This document shows positions 12,897-22,765 of a DNA stretch of 64,000 nucleotides, one piece after another. The translations under genes and the position numbers were made by a program. The stretch is taken from the NCBI GenBank assembly GCA_053919585.1, contig CM132786.1. The stretch is one strand, 5' to 3'. Position 1 is the stretch's first letter. Every line of letters begins with the position of its first letter. The notes beneath the pieces were generated by a model. It did not search any database, was not told where the DNA came from, and was given only the letters and a program-made list of their open reading frames with translations. The DNA comes from Euprymna scolopes (lineage: Eukaryota).

Positions 12897-15800
12897 AAAA
12901 AATAAAAAAATAAAAAAAGGAAAAAAAAATGAGAAAAAAAATATTCATAAACAAAAATGAAAGCCTCTAACCACACTATCTCCTAACAAGCCTCCTTACA
13001 ATCATAGTTGCTTACACTGCATGAGCTCTACTCAACCCCTTTATCCAGTAGCAATGAAATAACAATATCCCTAATCCACTTTGAGGAGTGTAACTATTTA
13101 GCAGATATAACCTCTACAAACTAACCCAATAACATTATCTAACCACGCGGGGTCGCAGAAATACCTGGATTAGAACCCAGGCGCGGAGCAAACCCTCTCA
13201 GTGGTGACGGACCCAGTAGATCTTCCCAGATCATCCGTCTAGGAGAAGGAAAACTCTGAAACTAAACCAAAGAGGAGGGAGGCCTCTTCAGTCTTGGATG
13301 ACAGCCTTCCTAGAGCTGGTGACTCAAACAAATTACCGGTTTGCAATACCTAAATTGCTTAAGGAGTAGATAGGTCCTGCCTATCGCCCGGATTCCACAC
13401 TCCTTCTTTGCCTATTAGTCAGGCGCAGAGATACTATCAGTGATTCGACAGAAACACCCATTGGTACAATCTAAAAATAAGCTTAAACCAGGCTTAGGGT
13501 CAAACAAATTCAACTTGCCTCCTCCCTTGAGGCTTGCATTCACAAATATCCGTGGGCTTAGAACTAATTTAGCTGATGTTGAAGCATTTCTCCTAACAAA
13601 TGCCCCGGATATCTTAGCACTAAGTGAGACTAACCTACACTCCTCCATCCCCTCTAACTACTTTAACATGCCTGGATATCTCCCACTCTGCCGTAAGGAC
13701 TCTGACAGACATATGCACGGACTTGGAGTTTACATTCGTAATACCCTTCCCCTGACTAGAGAGACAAACCTAGAAACGGATGATCAAGCCTTTATGTGCT
13801 TTAGACTAATCATGCAACACAACATTAGCTACTTTTACTTTCTCTACCGCTCTCCTTCGACCCAAGACTGCACCATAATAAACAAAGTATCTGACAGCAT
13901 AGACACAGCACTCTCCTTCGACACTAGCGCCCAAGTACATGTATATGGTGACTTTAATGTCCATCACAAAAACTGGCTTGGATTCTCTACTTATACAGAT
14001 GCAGCAGGCAGCGCAACTCATAGCTTCTCTGTATCTCACTCCCTATCGCAAATTGTTGCTTTTCCAACCCGCTTCCCTGATCAGGAAGAACAACACGCAT
14101 CACTATTAGATCTGTTTTTGACCACAATTCCTGATGATTGTGTAACGAAATCCGACAGCCCACTTGGGAACGCTGATCATGCGGTAATAATGGTTGAAAT
14201 CGCCCTAAACTCTAGACCCAAAACTGAAGAGCCAGTGCTCAAAACAACCAGATATTATAAAAAGGCTGACTGGGAAGCTATCAGAGATCTTATCAGAGAC
14301 GCCCCATGGGGAAATATTTTTTCTCTTCCTGCTGAACAGTGTGCAACTGAGACCACTGAATGGTTCAAAACTGCAATCGAAGTGCATGTTCCCATGCGGA
14401 AATTCTATAGCAAGCCCCACTCTCCCCAATGGTTTACTTCGACTTGCGCAACTGCCATTGCTCAAAGGCAGCATGCATTCCGAAGGTTTAACCGACATAA
14501 GTCCAGTTCAAACAGACAAAAGTACATAGAAGCTAGAAGTAACGTTAAGAAAGAAATAGCGACAGCTAAGAGGGAATTTACGGAAACCACTAAAAAACGC
14601 ATCGAAGCACAAAAATTAGGAACTCGTGACTTCTGGAAAATCTACAACAGTGTAGTAAATAATGGGCAATCAACAATTCCCCCACTAACCAACAATCACG
14701 AGGTTCTTTGCTCAGCAACCGAGAAGGCTAACATGCTTGCCAGTCGGTTTGCCTCCAACTCTACACTGGACCCTTTAAACCACCCCCTACCTGACTTTCC
14801 TATGCGGACAGACGCCAAGCTAGACGATCTGGAAATCACCCCTGCTCAGGTACATGCTATCATAAAAAACCTTGACACTTCCAAAGCATGTGGACCCGAC
14901 CTCATCCCAGCTGTGCTATTAAAAAAGTGCTCAGCCGAAGTAGCTCCAGTTCTCTCCAAACTCTACAACAAATGCCTTAATGAATCTTGCTTTCCGAGCT
15001 GCTGGAAAACTGCTTCTGTGGTACCAGTATTCAAGAATTCTGGCGAAAGAACTGACCCATTAAATTATCGCCCTATTAGCCTCCTCCCACTTTTTGCCAA
15101 AATATTTGAGACCTTAATTAACCATGCTCTAGTCCAGCACCTTACAGATGCTAAACTTCTGACCGACCATCAATATGGATTTAGACAAGCCCGTTCCACG
15201 GCAGACATCCTCACTGTAATCTCTGAACGCATATACCATTCACTGGACAAAGCGGGAGAGGGCAGAGCGGTAGCTCTAGATATATCTAAGGCTTTTGACA
15301 GGGTATGGCATGAGGGTCTCCTCAGGAAGATTAGATCTTACGGTATCACTGGTAGAATACTTAACATAATTAAATCCTTCTTAGATAAGAGAAAAATCCA
15401 GGTTGTCCTCGACGGTCGTACGTCTAAACAATATAATATAAATGCCGAAGTGCCCCAGGGATCTATCCTTGGTCCTCTGCTGTTCCTGATATTCATAAAT
15501 GACCTCCCCGATAAAATTGCCTCTGAGATGGGTATATATGCTGATGACACCACACTCTATAGCAGGCACGACAGGAAAACAAATGAACATATATCTAAAG
15601 TAATGGCAGAAACACTGGAGGATGACCTCAAATCAGTGGTGGAATGGGGACAGAAGTGGATGGTAACGTTCAATGCCACCAAGACAAAACTGGTTTCATT
15701 CAATAATTACAGGAAACCTTCTCTACCACCTATAGCAATGGCCAACAACTCTTTAGCTGAGAGTACGTCTTTCAAGCTCCTTGGCCTAACGTTCACAGGA

Positions 15801-16456
15801 AACATGAGCTGGAACAATTACATCGAGGGCATTGCCAGGGCCGCTGCGAGGAAGGTGGGCTCTCTCTACCGTGCTAGAAAACTTCTAACACCCGAAAGTA
15901 TCCTGTACCTCTATAAGGCCACTATTCGCCCATGTATGGAGTATTGCTGTCATATTTGGGCCGGTGCATCGGCTACTAGTCTCTCTCTCCTTGACAGGGT
16001 TCAAAAGAGAGTCGCAAATCTGATAGGCCCTAAACTGGCATCAAAACTTCAGCCTCTGTCCCATCGTCGAAACGTTGCATCCCTCTGCCTGTTCTACAAG
16101 TATTATAATGGTGAATACTCTGAAGAACTGCAAGCACTTGTGCCCCCACGACGTGAACACCCTCGACAGACCCGACAAGCTGCAAAATCCCACCCCCACA
16201 CTGTAGAGATCCCTAGATGTAAAAGATCGTTCTACTCCAGTAGTTTCTTCCCCAGAACTGCTAGACTTTGGAATTCCATTCCAGGTCACTGCTTCCCCAA
16301 CTGTACTGACATGCATAAGTTCAAGTGCAACGTGAACCAACATCTCGCTGTCCTAATCCCTACATAGTGCCCCAGTAGATGTTTCCCCTGATAGTAGCCC
16401 CCTACACCAAAGTGGCAATGTGCCTTGTTTGGGGTGAAAATATAATTAAAAAAAAA
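11685..16456 (+). mobile_element. CR1/Zenon-like LINE (family A), apparently full-length insertion with about 1.75-kb leader and poly(A)
   Basis: TSD AAAATAT at 11678-11684 and 16457-16463. Excising the insert rejoins the Helitron frame VAKY|GKQDILITCTFNPK. A-tail at 16448-16460. Confidence 0.85.
13440..16367 (+). CDS. LINE polyprotein: apurinic-like endonuclease + reverse transcriptase (975 aa, uninterrupted)
   Basis: APE motifs TNIRGL, LSET, LYRSPS, GDFNVH, LLDLFL, ADH. RT motifs NYRPISLL, QYGFR, LDISKAFDRVWH, VPQGSILGP, YADD, LLG. CR1-type C-terminus IRPCMEYC..W, LSHRRNVASL, SFFPRTARLWN. Start codon is non-ATG or uncertain. Confidence 0.95.
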   Translation: MIRQKHPLVQSKNKLKPGLGSNKFNLPPPLRLAFTNIRGLRTNLADVEAFLLTNAPDILALSETNLHSSIPSNYFNMPGYLPLCRKDSDRHMHGLGVYIRNTLPLTRETNLETDDQAFMCFRLIMQHNISYFYFLYRSPSTQDCTIINKVSDSIDTALSFDTSAQVHVYGDFNVHHKNWLGFSTYTDAAGSATHSFSVSHSLSQIVAFPTRFPDQEEQHASLLDLFLTTIPDDCVTKSDSPLGNADHAVIMVEIALNSRPKTEEPVLKTTRYYKKADWEAIRDLIRDAPWGNIFSLPAEQCATETTEWFKTAIEVHVPMRKFYSKPHSPQWFTSTCATAIAQRQHAFRRFNRHKSSSNRQKYIEARSNVKKEIATAKREFTETTKKRIEAQKLGTRDFWKIYNSVVNNGQSTIPPLTNNHEVLCSATEKANMLASRFASNSTLDPLNHPLPDFPMRTDAKLDDLEITPAQVHAIIKNLDTSKACGPDLIPAVLLKKCSAEVAPVLSKLYNKCLNESCFPSCWKTASVVPVFKNSGERTDPLNYRPISLLPLFAKIFETLINHALVQHLTDAKLLTDHQYGFRQARSTADILTVISERIYHSLDKAGEGRAVALDISKAFDRVWHEGLLRKIRSYGITGRILNIIKSFLDKRKIQVVLDGRTSKQYNINAEVPQGSILGPLLFLIFINDLPDKIASEMGIYADDTTLYSRHDRKTNEHISKVMAETLEDDLKSVVEWGQKWMVTFNATKTKLVSFNNYRKPSLPPIAMANNSLAESTSFKLLGLTFTGNMSWNNYIEGIARAAARKVGSLYRARKLLTPESILYLYKATIRPCMEYCCHIWAGASATSLSLLDRVQKRVANLIGPKLASKLQPLSHRRNVASLCLFYKYYNGEYSEELQALVPPRREHPRQTRQAAKSHPHTVEIPRCKRSFYSSSFFPRTARLWNSIPGHCFPNCTDMHKFKCNVNQHLAVLIPT

Positions 16457-16460
16457 AAAA

Positions 16461-19170
16461 TATGGCAAGCAGGATATCTTAATAACATGCACATTTAACC
16501 CTAAATGCCCTTAAATCATAAATAATTGACTTAAAAATGAAATACCCGAGAAAAGACATGAATTAATTGCCAGAGTGTATTATTTGCAACTGAAAGAACT
16601 CTTGAGTAATATGTAGGGAAAACAAGATTTTGGTATTCCAGTGGCATATGCCTATGTTGTAGAATTTCAGAAACGAGATCTTTCTCACTGCCACATGTTA
16701 GTTTTTACAAATAAGGACAAACCGAGGAACAAACGTGATATCGACAAATTAGTGCTGAAATTCTTGATATCAACAATAAGTTTTACATAATCTTATTAAG
16801 AAATTATGATTCATGGACGTTGTGACACTAAAGCCCCTTTTTCCCGTATGAATGATGGTGTGCGCCTAAAACATTATCCACAAGAATTCAGTAATGAAGC
16901 ATCTGTGACTATGAATGAACACCTAGAATAGAGGAGATGTAAGAATTTGGAAACCAACTTGTAGATAATCGCTAAGTTGTTCTTTTCATTTCGTACTTGC
17001 TGAAAATACCGTGCCCATATAAATATTGAAATGTGTTCATCTGTGCAGGGTATTAAATATATATTCAAATGCATGTATAAGGGGCATAACTGTGCTTCGG
17101 TTGAGATCAGGAATACTATAGGATTAAATAATGAACAAAATGCATAAATCTATGATAAAATAAATAATTGCATTGCCTGTGGATATGTTTCACATCCTGA
17201 AGTTATGTGGCAATTATCAGAGTTTAGACTTCGTGATATGTCCCCCACAGTGTATAGACTTGTAGTTCACCTTGATGATCAGCAAAAGGTTTATTTTGAT
17301 ATATGGTTATGAACAACAAGCTGCACACACATACACTACTCTTACAGCATGGTTTAAACTGAATGGGCATGCTGTTAATGGTAAGAATTATTTGTGCTCT
17401 GCATTATGTATCCAATAAACATTTAAAAACATAGACACCACGAGAAAGGAACATTAATATTATTAGTATGTTATACATTGTGAACATTAAGATGTAGAAA
17501 AAATCCATTTGCGGATGTTGTTGCTGGCTGGAGCTTAAAACTTTGAAGAATTGTTAATTGAAGAATGTGAACTGATGCATACATTTAACAAATCATGCTA
17601 AAAGTCTGGTCTTCTTAAAAGTGATAAATCATTTAAAAATGCGTTTATTGAAGCTATTGCATTCCAAATGCCTCCCCAATTATTGCTGCTATATGTACTT
17701 ATTCAAACTCTGCAAATTCTCTGGATTTGTGGAATAGCTACAACAACTCTATGATGAAAGATTTTTTTACAACAAAGATTTGCATGGGATCAGGCTGAAA
17801 ATATTGCTTTGCAACCCATAAATCCAGTTCTGATTGATAATTGTACTAATTGTGTAGACACTAGTTTACATGGACCTGTTGGAATGCAGCAAATGAAACA
17901 TGAAACTGTCTGAAATTACCCAGACATAAGCAGACTGACTGATGAATAGAGACTGATCAGTGACATTGTGATTGAATCCGTTACAATGTAGAGAAGAGGA
18001 AAAGTGCCTAAAAATTCCTGTTTCCATGTGAATGCACAAGATAACTATCGTATATGTTTGGGTTCCTGGACAGGTATTTCTTCTGCATTACTTTTAGAAG
18101 AAAGAACAATCCACAAATTGTTTAGATTACATATTCTATTAACAGAAACTTCTATTTCCGATGTATCCCTGATGTTTGATCATACAAACTATTTAAAAAT
18201 GTTGATTTGATTGTATTAGATGAAGCATCTATGACCAATCCATTTGCTTTGGATGCAACTGACAAAACTGAAAAGCATAAGCAATAATCATGCTTTTGAA
18301 GGAAAATTAATGCTTTCGGGGGGGGGGGCATTTCCAACACGTCTTCTCCAAAATCGGAAGTTGTGAGGAAATATTGAAATTTGTATTAAGAATTCTATTC
18401 TTTGGTTTCCATTTAAACAGAATAGTATGTGTCAAAATATTAGAGCAATCTCAAATGAAAGTGGATTTGCCTCATAGTTACTGGATCCAGGAAATGAAAC
18501 AGCAAACTGTGTGAAATATCCAGACCAGCCTGATAATGATTATATAGAAGTGCCACAAATGGTTCACTGGTTGATCATATTTTTCCAAGTATATCACAGC
18601 ACGATAGAAGAAATAGGATAATTCTGTCACCAAAACATTCTGAGTGCAATTTGATCAATGAAGAGGTTTTACATGAACTTCCTGGTGATAGTCACATATG
18701 TTGTAGCACAGATGCAGACTGATGATTCTGTGGAAGATATGCGTTATCATCCTTAGTTGCTTAATCCATTGCCTTCGCATTAATAGTTTTTAGAAGTTGG
18801 ATGCATAGTCATGCTTCTCAGAAATACATCCATAAAAACGGACTGTGCATTGGAACAAGATTAGAAGTAAAAAATATCCATGAACAATCAATTGAAGCGA
18901 AACTAGTATATGGTGCATTACTAGGAAAATATGGGATCATTTCCACGAATAACACCTGCCCCAATTGATCCTAAATTGTTTTTATTTTTAGAACGAAATC
19001 ATTTTACGATTCGGTTATCATAAGTAATATCTATAAATAAATCTAATGTCAGACATGAGCACAAGTTAATTCGTTTCTACCCCAACTTGTGAATAGCCAT
19101 GCCCAATTATATGTTGCATTTTCAAGAGTCCTTTGGCCTCCTGATATATGAGTTAAACCCATGAAAACAA
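16461..19170 (+). pseudogene. Helitron Rep HUH motifs + PIF1-like helicase, part 3
   Basis: Motif 1 ITCTFNPK, motif 2 YVVEFQKRDLSHCHML (about 16653-16700), motif 3 KYIFKCMYKG (about 17054-17085). Helicase LIVLDEASM (about 18207) and SHAQLYVAFSRV (about 19095-19130). Confidence 0.9.
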
Positions 19171-19189
19171 ACAGCCAAGGGGGAAAAGG

Positions 19190-21130
19190 GGAAAAAAGAT
19201 GGTTGATTACTTCTCTATTTAACATAGATTCCAGAAACTTACTCATGACGCAGAGGAGAGTTATTGGGGAGATGATCGACCATGAATTCTTAAATACATA
19301 ATAATGATGAGATTTTCCAGGGTGATGGGAAGCAATTCTTCTTAAGACAACGTTTACATAGTTTTGTAAGCATGGACGCTAGTTCTGGTTGAGTTTTTTT
19401 TAATACTATAATTTGAATACCGTTAGGACAGGTTGCTTTACTGGAATCAAGGTGTTTAATTAGCTTGGCAACATCACGTACAGATATTTGTATATCACAT
19501 AGCGTGGTTTCTGATACAGGAGGAAATATTGGGGGGTTGCGTCCTTTGTCGCAAAGGGTAGAATTAGCTGCAAAGTTCTTGGCAAAGTGTTTGGTTTTGT
19601 CTGATGCTGACGATATTAACTCAGATTAAATTGATGATAGCTTGGACGTTTCTGTTCAGGTTCCTGTTTGCTATTTGCAAAAACTGGTGGGAACCAAGCC
19701 GCTGCTCAGCTACTTTCGACTTGACGGATAGAATATGTCGTGAGAAAAAGGTGTAGGACACTCGCATACTGGCCGTCAGTGTCGGGCACAAGGGTAGGTT
19801 CGTGAACAATCTGCGTGAGGTTATAAGCAATGGAGAAATCGTGACAGAACCTCCCCTCATCATCGGTCTTGTTTGAGTGGGTTAACCATTCCACATTGTG
19901 AACATTGAAGTCTCCACATACGTGAATGTTAGCTGAAGGATAAGCAGATAAAACGTGGTCAATTTTCTCATATATGCTTTTAAAGATAGTATGTCTGCTG
20001 TTGTAGAGATTAAATATAAACGCAGTAGTGTGACCAAGTGTAACCCGGGCGCACATATAGGCTAAGTTAAGATCTTCTCTGAAGATGTGTTATATATTCA
20101 ATCATCGAGTTCTCACTAGGGTTATCATCCTGGGGCGCCATTTTGAATTCATTGAGGGGGACCAAATTTAGCTTTCGTTACATTTGAATATGTTATATAG
20201 AGTTCTTCATTTAGGGGCACATTTTACGTTTTCTATATAACATAAGAACGATTCCGTGTGCGTATAATTGTCTCTAATATAAATTGGTTGTGTGTTTGAT
20301 TATCATAAAGGGAATCGTGTGTGTGACATGTAATTTCTGAACCTACCTCTGTTTCTTCTCGCTGTTGGATCATCTGGGAATTTCTCATCCTGGAGGGAGA
20401 CTTGATACCTGTTTGACGAAGATTTATCACTCCAAGACGATGAAATGGTTTTATAGATTTTATTTCACTTTCCCCAGAGGTTCTGCAGAAGTGGAAAGTG
20501 AAATCTGCTTGTGTTAGTTCTTCTTCACACACGTCAGCGTTCGTCTCCCCCCTCCCCAGTTAAGAGGGGGGGACCACGGAAAAAACGTCCGTCTTCTTCA
20601 AAGCTCAAATCAAATCTCACAGATCTAGCCAACCACGTCACACATACGTAATTTGGTCAGCTGACCTTTGGTTCTGGTAAACGTCTACCTCCACGTTTAC
20701 TCACCTCTCTCTCTCTCTCTCCCCTCTCTATAGAGACACAGAGAAAGAAAATAGAAAGAGTAAGAAAGCCAGAGAGGGGGGGGAGATGCTCGTTAACAGA
20801 TGTCCCTACACATGGAACCCATATTAAATGTAGGCACATATTCCATGCCCATGTCGATCTTGGAGGTCAGATTTGGAAGTTGTTAGAGTATACTTTAATT
20901 ACGAACTCATCAGGGGAAATAGTCTGTCCAATGCCAGTTTTGCTTTGAAATAATATTTCTGGTTTAATCCCCTGAAATTCGGTTTCAACCTCTGAAAGGT
21001 TAGAACGCAGACCCCTGACGTTGGAGTAGGAGACTTGGTATTAGGAGTCTACGTTGGGAGTAGGAGATCCGGGTTTAATCGTTTATTTTTGTTGAAACTT
21101 GTCATCGGGGAGTTTTATTTTAGTTTCTTA
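19190..21130 (-). mobile_element. Degenerate, internally deleted CR1-like LINE (family B), interrupted by a solo LTR
   Basis: Matches 57500-59190 (GDFNVHNVEWLTHSNKTDDEGRFCH; MSKFLESMLNREVIN). Confidence 0.9.
20088..20798. mobile_element. Solo LTR (711 bp), gypsy-like 4-bp TSD
   Basis: TGTTA...TAACA termini. GATG duplicated at 20084-20087 and 20799-20802. Removal restores continuity with the family B copy near 58875-58900. Confidence 0.8.
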
Positions 21131-21647
21131 GATAAATTTTATATCGAAACGACTTCAATCGAAAATCGTTAATCAAAGTAAAATAAGATGAGTAAATATA
21201 TCGCGCCTTAGAAAATATCTAATACCAGACGGTTATTTGAGAATGTTATTTTCTCGATATAGCGGAATGGGACTGGTGCAGGAAAATAAGCAGAACCATG
21301 GCACTTGGCTTTCAACTTTATTTTAATTCGTTAAATAAAATAAATTTTACGAATAAACAGTAAGTTTATATAGTTCATTTTAGACTACAATGTATTATAG
21401 ATTAAATCACTACGGAAAGCACATAAAGCTTAAGCCAGGTGCACGGCAGGTGGGTCTCTGGCTTGATCAGGTGATAAAACGATTTATTTGAAAAATGGGC
21501 GATGGCACGGAGTCTTATGGGCGCAAAAGTATTGAAATTAATAAATACTCATTCAATTCAGGGCAACATGTGGTGTACTTCGATACATTATATAATTGTC
21601 ATCACAAAACTTACGTATGCATACACACACACGTATATGTATATATA

Positions 21648-21686
<39 letters not shown>

Positions 21687-22194
21687 GCATACATACATTA
21701 CTGAAATTATAAATACACGTGTATCAATAGTTTAAATATTCTAATCGGATATTCCAAGTGGGATACGGTCATAGAAAACCTTATTGGACTAGATTCACAA
21801 TAACTCATACATTTATTAGACAATCTACACAAAGTAAAATATTAAAACGTAAATAGTTTTTTAAAATGAACTTATTAGTAATCAAAAATTAAGATGACGA
21901 TAAATATTAATGCTCGTAAAGTTTTATATCAGTGATGTTATAGTTTTACTAGAATGTATCGTTATCAATGAAAGTTTCTGTAAGGAAACATTTGCTTGAT
22001 GACTCTAAAAGATATATAATTCTAAAAAGTTATATATATATATATATATACATATATATGTATATATATGTCTGTATGTGTCTAAAAGTATATATCTATA
22101 TATAATATCTGTGTATGTTTCTGTGTATGCTATTTATGCTTATATATTGTATGCGTTTATGCGCACGTGTTTGTAAACATTTTCACTTGTTAAT

Positions 22195-22262
<68 letters not shown>

Positions 22263-22342
22263 CGATGCTCTTTGTGGAAACAAATCGAGCTTAGACATTT
22301 CGGACCATATCAAAAGAGCGTTAATTCACGACTCGCACAGCA

Positions 22343-22407
22343 GCCGCCGATTAGCGTAATGGTTAGGAGCTTTGACTGTCGGTCGGGTTTCAATCCTGGC
22401 TTGAGGT
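22343..22407 (+). mobile_element. tRNA-derived SINE head with Pol III A and B boxes
   Basis: A box TAGCGTAATGG (22352-22362) and B-box-like GGTTTCAATCC (22386-22396). No complete cloverleaf, so not a tRNA gene. Confidence 0.65.
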
Positions 22408-22415
22408 AGTTGCCT

Positions 22416-22470
22416 GTCTAGCCGCAGTGATGAGCTGTGAAACAGCGAAACAATACAGTATGTGGATGAC
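22416..22470 (+). ncRNA. Type I hammerhead ribozyme motif, family 1 (C3->G variant)
   Basis: GTC-TAG-CCGCA / GTGATGA / GCTGT-GAA-ACAGC / GAAA-C-AATACA-GTA / TGTGG-AT-GAC. Same family as 34594-34650. Confidence 0.8.
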
Positions 22471-22488
22471 TATATATATATATGTATG

Positions 22489-22542
<54 letters not shown>

Positions 22543-22765
22543 GCTTCTTTTAAACTTTTTAATTATAAACTATTAAGATACCTGAATTATCTGAGAATCA
22601 ATTATTTAAATAAGTGGTAGACAATGTTTTTCGATGTAAAAGCGCCATTGTTTATCGTTGGTGGCTGTCACTATTTTTTTCTATTTGATTGGTGATAATT
22701 GAATTCTGTGCAAGCAACACAGTTGAAGTGTCATTTAGCTTAAACTGATGAGGTATATTTAATTA

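Noticed and set aside
13415-16343. Antisense and alternate-frame ORFs over LINEs (also 23182-24407 and 57575-58593)
   Set aside because: Shadows of GC-richer RT coding sequence.
21430-21600. Possible host exon (MGDGTESYGRKS)
   Set aside because: Short, runs into a microsatellite, and has no recognisable domain or partner exons.
22343-22410. Functional tRNA gene
   Set aside because: The anticodon arm and acceptor stem do not close. Treated as a SINE head.
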